Below, one piece after another: positions 37,783-47,502 of a stretch of 64,000 nt of DNA. The DNA is from Candidatus Shapirobacteria bacterium. Lineage in GTDB: Bacteria; Patescibacteriota; Microgenomatia; UBA12405. The notes under the pieces were generated by a model, which was not told the DNA's origin, did not search any database, and was given only the letters and a program-made list of their open reading frames with translations. Made by a program: the position numbers and the translations under genes. The stretch lies in NCBI GenBank assembly GCA_041665485.1, contig JBAYIT010000001.1:345399-409398 (forward strand), in the 5' to 3' direction. The stretch's first letter is position 1, and each line of letters starts with the position of its first letter.

Positions 37783-38943
37783 GTGAAAAAGAAAGTTTTA
37801 GTATTGACTGACGAGTTACCTTGGGGGCATCGGTCGATTGCTAAATCAATTTATGGTTATTTGAAAGCAAGAGAGAAAGAAGGTAATATTGAAGTCGAAT
37901 TTGTTCAAGTAAAGGCTAATATAGGAATTGGCTTTGATGCTTACAACTTTATTTATAAGTATTGGCCAAGTAGTAATATTGTGGCTCATCGGCTGATGCA
38001 CAATGAAACAGCCAGAGAATTGTTTAGGGAGATGTCGGTGCGGAATTTACCCGGTTTGCAAAAGACGGTCAAGTGGTATAAACCTGATTTGATAATTTCG
38101 GCCTATTTTCTTCATAGTAATTCACTGGCTAAATGGAAAGAGAATGATAGGGGATTAACGTGGAAGCTGTGGACAATCGTGGCTGATCCGTGGACAATAA
38201 ACCCGATTTCTTATGTGACAGGAGCTGATAAACATATCGTGTATGACAAAGTGGGAGTAGAATTGGCGCCGAAATATGGTGTGGCCAAGGAAAATGTCTT
38301 AGCAACTGGCTGGTGGACTCGAGAAGAGATGTTTAAGAAATACAATAAAGTTGAGGCCAGAAAGAAGCTGGGAATTGAGGATGACCGGCCGGTAATTTTT
38401 GTGGGAGGGGGAAGTTTGGGAAATAGTGCCTTACCAAAAATATTACCAGCTTTAATGGTGGTTAAGAGACCGGTGGGAATGGTGTTTAATGCCGGGACAG
38501 ATAAGTTGGCTCTTAATTTGGTAACTGAATTCGACAAACTCTATCGGAAAGTTAAAAAAGATAATTTAGTAAAGATTGTTAATTACGGTTGGATTGAAAA
38601 TATCGCTGAGGTCCTGGCTGGGGTGGATATAGTCTTTGGAAAAGCCGGGCCAAACTTTTTATTTGATGTGGTGGCAGCCAGAAAGCCGTTTGTGGCAATG
38701 ATGCATATCAGTGGCCAAGAAGATGGAAATCTTGACATAATTAGAAAAAAGAAATTGGGATGGATTAAAGAAAAAAGTGGAGAATTAGGTGATTTTATGA
38801 TGGAGTATTTGGAAGATCCGGAAAAGTACAATCAAAAGTTTACGGCGACGATTGAAAAAGAAGCGAGAACAAATGAGGGAAGTTTAGAGAAGGTTTGGCA
38901 GGAGCTTTTAAAAGAAATGCCCACCAAAAGTGTTTCCCAATAG
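37783..38943 (+). CDS. MGDG-synthase/UgtP-like glycosyltransferase (GT28)
   Basis: WGHRS.A, PDLIIS, GGGSLG, KAGP, GQEDGN. Confidence 0.85.
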   Translation: MKKKVLVLTDELPWGHRSIAKSIYGYLKAREKEGNIEVEFVQVKANIGIGFDAYNFIYKYWPSSNIVAHRLMHNETARELFREMSVRNLPGLQKTVKWYKPDLIISAYFLHSNSLAKWKENDRGLTWKLWTIVADPWTINPISYVTGADKHIVYDKVGVELAPKYGVAKENVLATGWWTREEMFKKYNKVEARKKLGIEDDRPVIFVGGGSLGNSALPKILPALMVVKRPVGMVFNAGTDKLALNLVTEFDKLYRKVKKDNLVKIVNYGWIENIAEVLAGVDIVFGKAGPNFLFDVVAARKPFVAMMHISGQEDGNLDIIRKKKLGWIKEKSGELGDFMMEYLEDPEKYNQKFTATIEKEARTNEGSLEKVWQELLKEMPTKSVSQ

Positions 38944-39077
38944 CGGCTTTTCCACGCTAAAGAACAGAACGTGGGGAGAACTATCTCGAAACGTAAAACG
39001 GATCGAGAACGCGTCCTCCATTTTCAAGGGTTAGCTAGAAAAAACACCCTCTTAGGATTTTGTACCTTCTGGTAGGC
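38919..39077 (-). ncRNA. ssrS: Probable 6S RNA
   Basis: About 160-nt rod: 5' gcctaccagaag pairs with 3' cttttggtgggc; central bubble with cttgaa; apical stem ggaggac..tctcga/tcgaga..gttctcc. Confidence 0.5.
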
Positions 39078-39093
39078 CTTTTATTTTAACACA

Positions 39094-39831
39094 TTAGCGA
39101 CAGGTGATTGGGCGATTAGCACAGACATTGCTAGCATAGGCTTTCCAAAGACTTAGTGGCTTACAACTAGTTGGTCCACCCATAGTTTCTTGCCAACCAT
39201 CGGTACATTCTATATCGAGATAGTGATAATTATCGGCACCACAATTCCCCCGAACATTGTATTTCTGTAACTTTATCTTGTCACAGGAAATACTTGCTGG
39301 AGTTGGGGTTGGCATAATGGAAACTTGTGGTGTTGGCATAGCAGAAACACGAGGGGTAGGCATAATGGAAACTGGTGGAGTCGGTATGATTGCTGTTGGA
39401 CAGAAAGGTCTAATTGTCTCCAATAGTTTAATACATGAGCTTGGTTTTTCTAGACAATCATTTTGAATAAAAGCCATAATGACGGAACAAGGGACTGATT
39501 GTCCTATGGTAACTGGTGTTGGTGTTAGATATGTAGTTGGGAAAGGGCGAGCAATGACACAAATGTTATTTATACACATCTCCCCACCTCTGTAATCGCA
39601 GTCAAAATCACTCTGACATTTTTTGGGAATATTTGAAGTTGGGGTTGGAGTGTTGGTGGGTCTGATGGCTGTGGTTGGATAGACAGTTTGTGTTGGAGTG
39701 GGAGTTGGTATTGGATTGGTGATGGTCAGACCGAGAATACCCCCTTTCTTGGTTTGATCGATGAGGTTAACAGTAGTAAGAGAAATAAAGCAGATAACGA
39801 GAGCAATAATAGCTGTTTTAGTGGTGTTCAT
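39094..39831 (-). CDS. Secreted Pro/Thr- and Cys-rich surface protein
   Basis: N-terminal TM, PTPT linkers, (VSxMPTP) repeats, three Cys-rich modules. Confidence 0.7.
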   Translation of the reverse strand: MNTTKTAIIALVICFISLTTVNLIDQTKKGGILGLTITNPIPTPTPTQTVYPTTAIRPTNTPTPTSNIPKKCQSDFDCDYRGGEMCINNICVIARPFPTTYLTPTPVTIGQSVPCSVIMAFIQNDCLEKPSSCIKLLETIRPFCPTAIIPTPPVSIMPTPRVSAMPTPQVSIMPTPTPASISCDKIKLQKYNVRGNCGADNYHYLDIECTDGWQETMGGPTSCKPLSLWKAYASNVCANRPITCR

Positions 39832-39879
39832 AGTATAAAGGTATACTGGTGTAAATTTTCTGTCAACAGTTAATTCTCT

Positions 39880-40464
39880 CTAGAAAAGCAGATGGAGGAG
39901 GAAGGTGGTGGGAGGGGAGAGGATGAGGGAGAGAATGTTGCTGGAACCAAAGGGGAGGATGAAGAGAAAGATGAGGATAAGTTGGCCGTAACGGCCCAAG
40001 CTTTCTTCCCAGTTTAGGGAAGATTCCAAAGGTAAAAGATTAAGAAAAATTTTAGAACCATCGAGGGGGGGCAAGGGGAGGAGATTAAAGAGAGCAAGAG
40101 AAATATTGATAAGAGCAAAAACATAAAGAATGGGAGTAAGAGAGGAAGGGAGAAAATTATTTGAAAGTCCGGCTAGTAGGGCAAGAAGCAAATTACTGCC
40201 GGGGCCGGCCAGAGAAACTAAAAGTTCATCGCGACGGGGGGAGCGGAAATTATAGGGGTCAATTTGAACCGGTTTACCCCAACCAAAGTGGGCGATAATA
40301 AGCATTAAAGTTCCAATTGGGTCGAGATGACGAAGAGGGTTGAGAGACAGTCGGCCAAGACTTCTGGGAGTTGGGTCGCCTAGACGATCGGCGACTAGGG
40401 CGTGGGCAAATTCATGGACAGTAATGGCGACAACAAGAATGATGAGAGAAAGTGGGTTTAGCAT
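39880..40464 (-). CDS. Site-2 protease, M50 family
   Basis: HEFAH, GDPTP..GRLSLNP, LAGP.SN, FNLLPLPPLDG. Confidence 0.93.
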   Translation of the reverse strand: MLNPLSLIILVVAITVHEFAHALVADRLGDPTPRSLGRLSLNPLRHLDPIGTLMLIIAHFGWGKPVQIDPYNFRSPRRDELLVSLAGPGSNLLLALLAGLSNNFLPSSLTPILYVFALINISLALFNLLPLPPLDGSKIFLNLLPLESSLNWEESLGRYGQLILIFLFILPFGSSNILSLILSPPTTFLLHLLF

Positions 40465-40517
40465 GATGGGTTTTTGTAATATGGCCAAACAAGAAAGGCT
40501 GTGTTATAGTATACGAC

Positions 40518-40739
40518 ATGAGAAGAGTCTGTGGATTGTGCGGTAAGGGGACGGTTATTTTGCGCAACCGTTCTCACGCCCAAAATCGAACCCCAAAAAG
40601 CTACAAGGCCAATGTTCAGCGGGTGACAATAAAAGTAAAAGAGGGTGAAGTTTCCGGTGATTTTTGCACAAAGTGTATCAAGAGAGTGAAAAGGGATATG
40701 GGAGCCAACCAAAAACTCCGACCTGAGGCCGGAGTTTAA
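40518..40739 (+). CDS. rpmB: 50S ribosomal protein L28
   Basis: CGLCGK....NRSHAQNRT....ANVQ...CTKCIK. Confidence 0.93.
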   Translation: MRRVCGLCGKGTVILRNRSHAQNRTPKSYKANVQRVTIKVKEGEVSGDFCTKCIKRVKRDMGANQKLRPEAGV

Positions 40740-40758
40740 GGATTAAAAAAGACAAGGA

Positions 40759-40836
40759 CTACTTTTTTTTAGCTTTTTTAACGGTTTTCTTTTTGGCCAC
40801 TTTTTTAACGGCCTTTTTTACTTTTTTGACTGGCAT
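40759..40836 (-). CDS. 25-aa lysine-rich histone-H1-like peptide
   Basis: MPVKKVKKAVKKVAKKKTVKKAKKK; AGGAGG 8 nt upstream; TTGACA upstream. Confidence 0.65.
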   Translation of the reverse strand: MPVKKVKKAVKKVAKKKTVKKAKKK

Positions 40837-41000
40837 GTTTGTTTCCTCCTTTGATAAAATTTAGACAGAAAATATAATAAATGTCAAAATAATAAAATCC
40901 TATTTTTAGGGTAGAATTAACTAAAATGAATTCAAAAATCAAGATGAGCTATAAAAGATCGATTGAGAGATAATCCCGACGTTGCCGATGAATTTGAGTA

Positions 41001-41870
41001 TCAAATAGTATCAAAATTTGATTTTATAGTATCCCAAGAAGTTGGTTTTTTGCCTTCAATTTGGACAATTAGTGGTTCGAGATTTGTGATTTTCAAACGC
41101 TCTTTTTTGGGAGTAATCGTCCAGATTCCAGGCCAGGGAACGAAGGCGCGAAAGAGATGGTCGAGATCAGTATTGAATTTGGGATGAATAATTTGGTGAT
41201 TATTTAGATATTTTTGAAAAAACTGCCAATCGATGAAGCCATCGTCGCGAGTGATTTGACGGGCATAGATTAGATGTTGGATGTTAGATCCTAGATCCTG
41301 GGGAGCAAGATGATAATTACCGGTGGCAATTTGGGGAAGAAGTTCGAGTGATTTTTGGCCAGCCAAACAGTAAAGAGAATCATAGAGAGCCTCACGGGTG
41401 TCGGTGGGTATTATGGGAATGGGATATTGGGCGATAATTTCGCCACGATCGAATTGGCTTGACATCTTGATAAAGGTAATGCCGGTTTCAGATTCGCCAT
41501 TGATAATGGCCCACTCGACTGGGAAACGACCAGCGTAGTTGGGGAGGAGAGATTGATGAATGTTGATAGCCATAACCTTGGAGAAATTGAGCCATTTTTC
41601 GTTGATCAATTTTCCAAACCCTGAAACTAAAATAAAATCGGGCCGAGTCAAACTCGATGGGATTTGATCAAGAGTTTCGAGGGGAAAACATGGGATTTTG
41701 TTGTCTTCGGCGTAAATTTGAGTGGGGTTTTTAGTGAGAACTAATTTGTCGCCGGGGCGGGGCGGGGTGGTGACAACGCCGATAATATCGAATTGGTGGC
41801 TTTGGGCAAGAAGGTCGAGAGTGAGGACGGAATAGTGTTGGAATGAGCCAAAAAAAATAATTGAATTCAT
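41001..41870 (-). CDS. fmt: Methionyl-tRNA formyltransferase
   Basis: NIHQSLLP.YAG..PV.WAI.NGE.ETG, FDRG, PWPG. Confidence 0.9.
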   Translation of the reverse strand: MNSIIFFGSFQHYSVLTLDLLAQSHQFDIIGVVTTPPRPGDKLVLTKNPTQIYAEDNKIPCFPLETLDQIPSSLTRPDFILVSGFGKLINEKWLNFSKVMAINIHQSLLPNYAGRFPVEWAIINGESETGITFIKMSSQFDRGEIIAQYPIPIIPTDTREALYDSLYCLAGQKSLELLPQIATGNYHLAPQDLGSNIQHLIYARQITRDDGFIDWQFFQKYLNNHQIIHPKFNTDLDHLFRAFVPWPGIWTITPKKERLKITNLEPLIVQIEGKKPTSWDTIKSNFDTI

Positions 41871-41904
41871 GGGCTAATTATATCGGATTTGTTAAAATAG
41901 AGGC

Positions 41905-42459
41905 GTGAGACGAATTTTGACTTATCCTGACCCAATTTTGAGAACTAAAACGAAAGAAGTTAAGGCGGTTGACGAGAAACTGCTTGGTGAAATTAATGAG
42001 TTGAAGGAGATTTTATTAAAGAGTGAAAATGGGGCGGGGCTGGCGGCTACTCAAATTGGGTCGGCGGGCAGGTTTTTTGGATTGAAAAATTTGAGTAAAA
42101 AAAAGACGGAAGTTTTTATTAATCCAAAAATTACCAAATTTTGGGGAGAAAAGACATATCCTCGAATTATAAAAAACAAGGATGAGTCGGAAGATTTTCT
42201 GGAAGGTTGTTTGTCGTTTCCCAATTATTACGGCACAGTGAAGAGATATTTAAAGATAGAGGTGGAGTGGGATGAAATTAGGAGTAAGGAACTTGGTACG
42301 AGGAAAAAGGTGTTGGAAGGGTTTGAGGCGATTGTTTGGCAACATGAAGCAGATCATTTGGATGGGATTTTGTTTATTGACCATATAAAGCGGGACGGGG
42401 GAAAGTTGTATTGGTGGGAAGGAGAAACTAAAAAAGAGATATTAGATCCTAGATTTTAG
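41905..42459 (+). CDS. def: Peptide deformylase
   Basis: GAGLAATQIG, EGCLSFP, QHEADHLDG. Confidence 0.97.
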   Translation: MRRILTYPDPILRTKTKEVKAVDEKLLGEINELKEILLKSENGAGLAATQIGSAGRFFGLKNLSKKKTEVFINPKITKFWGEKTYPRIIKNKDESEDFLEGCLSFPNYYGTVKRYLKIEVEWDEIRSKELGTRKKVLEGFEAIVWQHEADHLDGILFIDHIKRDGGKLYWWEGETKKEILDPRF

Positions 42460-44393
42460 ATGTTAGATTTTTTGATTTTGTCGAGGTACTTTTGAGCATC
42501 AATGTTGGTGGGGGCAAATTTGAGGGTAGATTCAAATAGTTGACGGGCTTCGGAGTATTTTTTTTGATTAAAGTAGATTTTGCCGAGATTAAAAAGGGCG
42601 TGGTCGTAGTTGGATTTGAGAGCAATGGCTTGTTGATAGTATTTAGTGGCGGTGGTTTCGTCTTTATTAAGTTCGTTAAAGTAGCCTAGGAGATAAAAGC
42701 TTTTGGCGTCGGTGGGGGCTAATTTAACGACTTGCTCTAGGCTATTAATTGAGGCAGAGATCATTTTAGGGTCGAGGGCCGAGAGATAAAAATAATTTTG
42801 GGCTGATTGCTTCCAAAAATTAGTATTGGCGGGAGAGATTTCTAGGGCGAGTTGGGTGAATTGAAGGGATTGACTGGAATAGAGCTTTTTTGACTCCGGA
42901 TTAGAAATGGCGACGGCTAACTTAGCGGTAATTGAGCCGGCGGAGATTAAATATTCCGGTTCGTTTGGCGATAGTTTTAGAGCTAAAATAATTTGAGTCA
43001 AGGCAGGTTGAATTTGGTTTTGGGAGTCAAGAGTTGAGGCTTTGGCAAAACAGATATCGGCCAAAAACAATTTGGAAATTTGGAGTAAGAGAAATAAGGG
43101 GATAATTAAGACTAAAAACAAAAAAGATCGTCGATCGTCGATCGTCGATGGTCGATTATTTTCATTTAGAACGAGGGCGGGGAGGAGAAAGAGGTAGAGA
43201 GAGGTGATGACGATGGAAAAGCCAGTGAGGTTGGTGATGAGAATTGACAAGAAAGAAATGGTAATTGGTAATCGGTAATTGGTAATCGGTAATTTGAGAA
43301 ATAAATATAGAATAGAAAAAATAAGAATAAGATAGGTGAGGAGGCCGAAGGTGCCGGTGGTGGCGGAAAAATTAAGATATTCGTTGTGGGCTTTGTTGTA
43401 GAGGAAATCCCATTCGGAGGTGAGATTGTGAGACGAAGGCCTGGTCCAATAATAGGAATAAGCAAAGGTTTCGACACCGGTGCCAAAGAGTGGGTAGTGG
43501 CGCCAGAGATCGAAAGCGCCTTGCCAGACGATTTTGCGAATATCCTGACTAGGAGTGATATTGATGTTTTGTGACTCGTGATTAGTGATCGGTGATCCGG
43601 TTTTAGAAGGGAACACGAGGTCTTTGATGGGATTGTTGATGATGAGAGTTAGAGTCAAAAGTAAAAAGTAAAAAGTGAAAAGTGAAAGCTTATTTTTTTG
43701 TTTTTGAATTAGAGAAAGGACAAAAAATAAAAACAAACAAACAAGGGCGGTGAGGATGCCGGTTTTGGATTTGGTAGAGAGAAGACAAAAATAGAAACAA
43801 GAACTAAGAGCTAAGAAATAAGATTTATTAATAAAACTCTTTGAATTTAGAAATTTAAAGAGAGAAAAGGGGAGGAGGAGGCAGAGATAGGCGGATAACC
43901 AATTGGGCTGGCCGAAAGTGGAGAAAACTCGTGATTGAACATCCTGAACCCAGTAGGTTTTATCAATGCCAAAGTGTTGGGCTATGCCATAGAGAGAAAC
44001 TATAAATCCAGAGATTAGGGAATAATTAATAATTTTGGATTTTAATTCTTCGGTAATGTGAACAGACAAAATAAAATAGAGAAGAACAAAACAGACAGTG
44101 GAAATTAGGCCACCATTGAGGCGGGAATAGTAACCAAAAAGTGAAGTGTGAATGTCGATGGAAAAAATAGTAGAAATAACTTGGGAAGTTAAAAACAAAA
44201 GAAGGGGAATGGTGAGAAGGGTGGAGCGAAGGAGGTGGTTCTTACCTTTAATCCAGCCATAAAGATGTAAAGTAAGAATGGTAAGGGTGGCAATATAAAC
44301 AAAATACATTTTGGGGACTTCAAAAAGCTCGGAATTTAGGGGGGAATAGAGGAGAGGGGTGAGAAAAAAGAGAAGACAGTAGAGAAAGTTCAT
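42456..44393 (-). CDS. O-antigen ligase/PglL-like membrane protein with C-terminal TPRs
   Basis: STFGQPN, R..VW, PLFGTG, AHNEYL; TPR-like tail. Confidence 0.85.
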   Translation of the reverse strand: MNFLYCLLFFLTPLLYSPLNSELFEVPKMYFVYIATLTILTLHLYGWIKGKNHLLRSTLLTIPLLLFLTSQVISTIFSIDIHTSLFGYYSRLNGGLISTVCFVLLYFILSVHITEELKSKIINYSLISGFIVSLYGIAQHFGIDKTYWVQDVQSRVFSTFGQPNWLSAYLCLLLPFSLFKFLNSKSFINKSYFLALSSCFYFCLLSTKSKTGILTALVCLFLFFVLSLIQKQKNKLSLFTFYFLLLTLTLIINNPIKDLVFPSKTGSPITNHESQNINITPSQDIRKIVWQGAFDLWRHYPLFGTGVETFAYSYYWTRPSSHNLTSEWDFLYNKAHNEYLNFSATTGTFGLLTYLILIFSILYLFLKLPITNYRLPITISFLSILITNLTGFSIVITSLYLFLLPALVLNENNRPSTIDDRRSFLFLVLIIPLFLLLQISKLFLADICFAKASTLDSQNQIQPALTQIILALKLSPNEPEYLISAGSITAKLAVAISNPESKKLYSSQSLQFTQLALEISPANTNFWKQSAQNYFYLSALDPKMISASINSLEQVVKLAPTDAKSFYLLGYFNELNKDETTATKYYQQAIALKSNYDHALFNLGKIYFNQKKYSEARQLFESTLKFAPTNIDAQKYLDKIKKSNI

Positions 44394-44421
44394 GTGGTTT
44401 ATATTATAATCGTGTTACTTT

Positions 44422-46068
44422 ATGGGTAATACAGATAGAGTGGGAGTGGGTGATGTACAGCGTTTTCTTGTTAGTCCTAGTACTCAAGGAGAGTTGGATG
44501 CGATGGCGACGGCAGCCTATGTGGCTCCACCACGAGAAGGAATTAGCATGATGGACCAAGAGTCGCCACTGAAACCCCCTTTAAGGTTTCAAGCTGATGG
44601 AAGAGGCGATTGGGTTTTGGTAAGCAGATCGTTGACTGTTCAAGACTCGGTATTGTTGGCAAAGTTTGACGATGATGGAGAAATTTATTATCGTTTGGCC
44701 AGTGGAACTAAGTTTCGCCAGGAGAACAATATTTCAGATAACGCGATTAGAGGCAGAATGAATAGTAGATATCAGATTGATAGCGCTGGGGGTGAAGTTT
44801 CAAATTGGACATATGGTGGAGTGTTTAATAATAAGGTGGTGTTGTTTTGTGCTGATATTTCAAGACCAGTAGAAGAAAGAGTAACTAGTCGGACAATGAC
44901 CATTGGCGATTTTCTGGCGCTTAAGGAGGCGCAAAGAAAGGGGGGTGTGATTGAAGGTTCGGTGAAACCGGGAGTAGTTATAAATGAAGCAGTTGTTAGG
45001 CCACAACTAGATTTTTACAGACCCAATGGATCGCCAGCAGTGGGTAACTTGTTTAGGTGTGAAAAGGCACTTTTACTACCCGATAATCATGGAGGTTTAC
45101 CTGGGTCGCCTTTTGGAAGGATGTTGGATGGAGCTACGGGGGGTGAGTTAGTAATGGTTCAAGAAGTGCCAGACAGAGGGGCTGAGATTGCGAGAGCGAT
45201 GCAAGAGACAATGGAGATGGTTAAATCTGGCAGGGCGGTTTATTTGATTGGTAACCATGATCCAATGATGATGATGGCGATGAGTGGAGACGAGAAGGCC
45301 CTTTTTAACTGGTTGCATCCAAAATATGGCCACGGCGACGCAACTATTAGGAGTTGTGGATACAATCTTCCGGTTGGTTTTGGAGATGATTTTGAAGAGT
45401 TTCAAAAAACGATCGTACAGATATCTTCAGAATTAAAAACAGACCCTCGGTTTCAGATTTTAAGAGAATGGGTTAAGTTTGTGGAAGATTATGGCAGAGT
45501 TTTTGTTAACATAAATGGTCATTTTGCTGTACATGCAGGATTGCCAGTTGATAAGGCGGGAAACTTGGTAGAAATGACTAAGCTTAAGAAAGATAGTTGC
45601 TTCAAAGGGAAGGTGGGCGTGGCTCTGTTGTTGGAAATGCAGATAGCATTGAGAAAAAAGGATATGGTGGCGATTGGTGAGATGTATGGGGCTAGTGCTG
45701 ATGATGGTGGTTTGAACCCTCTTTGGATTAGAGAGCCCTGGTTTGCCGTAGCCGAAAACCCGGGGTTAGTACATAAAGTTAGAGAGCAACTGAATGAACA
45801 GATGGCTCAGAGGTATCCTAATGATCCGAGGGCTTTGGTAGAGGTGGTTGTTTTGGGCCATTCACCTTGGAGGGGGGATGAGAGGTGGAAATCGCACTCT
45901 ATTTGTCCGAGATTAGTTTTTATTGATGTTGGTTTTGCTGATGATGGGCATGAAAGAGTGTTGAAATTGGAGGTAAATCCAAGTAGTCCATCGACAGTAT
46001 CGGCGACTTATTCGGATCCTTCAGGAAGGGATCCGGTGATGATGGTGGCGAATTATGATTTGCATTAG
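44422..46068 (+). CDS. Calcineurin-like metallophosphoesterase with N-terminal extension
   Basis: DNHG, DRG, GNHD, VHAG, LWIR, GHSP, IDVG. Confidence 0.8.
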   Translation: MGNTDRVGVGDVQRFLVSPSTQGELDAMATAAYVAPPREGISMMDQESPLKPPLRFQADGRGDWVLVSRSLTVQDSVLLAKFDDDGEIYYRLASGTKFRQENNISDNAIRGRMNSRYQIDSAGGEVSNWTYGGVFNNKVVLFCADISRPVEERVTSRTMTIGDFLALKEAQRKGGVIEGSVKPGVVINEAVVRPQLDFYRPNGSPAVGNLFRCEKALLLPDNHGGLPGSPFGRMLDGATGGELVMVQEVPDRGAEIARAMQETMEMVKSGRAVYLIGNHDPMMMMAMSGDEKALFNWLHPKYGHGDATIRSCGYNLPVGFGDDFEEFQKTIVQISSELKTDPRFQILREWVKFVEDYGRVFVNINGHFAVHAGLPVDKAGNLVEMTKLKKDSCFKGKVGVALLLEMQIALRKKDMVAIGEMYGASADDGGLNPLWIREPWFAVAENPGLVHKVREQLNEQMAQRYPNDPRALVEVVVLGHSPWRGDERWKSHSICPRLVFIDVGFADDGHERVLKLEVNPSSPSTVSATYSDPSGRDPVMMVANYDLH

Positions 46069-46073
46069 TTGAG

Positions 46074-47483
46074 ATGGTTGCCACAGACAAGAGAGAGCGA
46101 GGGAGTAAAAACGAGAGAACTTTGAGTTCTCTGGTGACAACTTGCGGGGTGACAGGTGGTTGGGTGTTGGCAGAAATACCGGGAATGGGGGTGGCAAGAA
46201 ATATTTTTAATGGAGTTTCGAGTGTAGAACAGGTTATGGGGATGGTGTTGACCGACGGAAGAAAATTTGTAAGTGATGGCCAAGGTGGTGTTTGTTATTC
46301 TGATGAGGCAGGATACACTAGCTTAGTTGTTCAATTAGCTTCAAACTTTGCCAGTACAGAAGCGGTACTTAGAGTTGGGGAGACAGTGGTGGATAATTGG
46401 CAGAGAGCTGGGCGAGTGGCTAGTGGCGAATCTTATAAAGCCGGATTGACAACAATGATGTCGGTGTTGGCTGATGATGTTGATCGGGCTCGGTTAGATT
46501 TGGTGGTTGAATCTCTGGAAAGGAGTAGAGATCCAATTGACGGAAAAAGAATTGTAGACGAGAAAGCCTTAGATGGAATTAAACAAGGAAAAATAAAATT
46601 TAAACCACACTTTATTGAGGGAACAAGTAGACGTGGAGTGAGTGTCTTTGTGTGTAAAACAGGACTTTTGGGAAGAGAAATTGTGGGAGAGAAAGAGTTA
46701 AAGAAGATCGCCACTTCTCTTGAAGAGGCGTCTCACTTATTTGGCTTGGATGAACCCGATAAAGGTAGCCCGATTATGTACGTTGTAGTGCCACAATGGT
46801 TTTTAGGAAAATATGCGTATGTAGACGAAGATAGAATGGTATTTCTGGGGGCAAGTTTGGGCGACTCTATTTCATTTGAAAATGTTTTGAAAAAGGAAAT
46901 CTGTGATCATGAAAATGTTCATCTGGTGTTAAGTAGGATATTTGGAGGACATCCACCAATACCGGATTTAGTTGAAGGGGTGGCAGTATGGGTTCAACGT
47001 TATATGGCTGGTTTGAGATACGAGAAGGCAAGAAACTGGAATAATTTTTTAGGAAAGGCGGTGGAAAAATTAAAAAGTGAAACAGGGGTTAGCAATGTTT
47101 CCGGAACTAAGATATTGAAAGATGAGGGTAGGGGGAATGCTTATGCTAATGCTTTTAAGATGGATGTGTTGGTGGGAGTGGTGGTAGCAATGTTTCCTAA
47201 TGATTGGGTAAAGATGATCAAAAAAATGTATTCTTATGGAAATTTTAGTCAATTTAATTCGAGAAAGGGCCAGACATTAATTGATAGTGGGGTGGTAGTT
47301 AGCGGGATAAGACAGAGAGATATATTGTTTGAATTGTTAGCTATGTCGATTTCTGACGTTGATATAAGCCAAAAAAGAGGATGGTTAAGATATTTAAATG
47401 AGAAACAAGTTCCGCCGCAGGATGATATTTTACCCAAATTTGTGGAAGCAATTATGGGAGAACTACTAGAGAAGAAAAAGTAA
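46074..47483 (+). CDS. Hypothetical protein with gluzincin-like motif
   Basis: HENVH followed by EGVA about 17 residues later. Confidence 0.6.
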   Translation: MVATDKRERGSKNERTLSSLVTTCGVTGGWVLAEIPGMGVARNIFNGVSSVEQVMGMVLTDGRKFVSDGQGGVCYSDEAGYTSLVVQLASNFASTEAVLRVGETVVDNWQRAGRVASGESYKAGLTTMMSVLADDVDRARLDLVVESLERSRDPIDGKRIVDEKALDGIKQGKIKFKPHFIEGTSRRGVSVFVCKTGLLGREIVGEKELKKIATSLEEASHLFGLDEPDKGSPIMYVVVPQWFLGKYAYVDEDRMVFLGASLGDSISFENVLKKEICDHENVHLVLSRIFGGHPPIPDLVEGVAVWVQRYMAGLRYEKARNWNNFLGKAVEKLKSETGVSNVSGTKILKDEGRGNAYANAFKMDVLVGVVVAMFPNDWVKMIKKMYSYGNFSQFNSRKGQTLIDSGVVVSGIRQRDILFELLAMSISDVDISQKRGWLRYLNEKQVPPQDDILPKFVEAIMGELLEKKK

Positions 47484-47502
47484 AGACTGATATACTTTTG
47501 AA

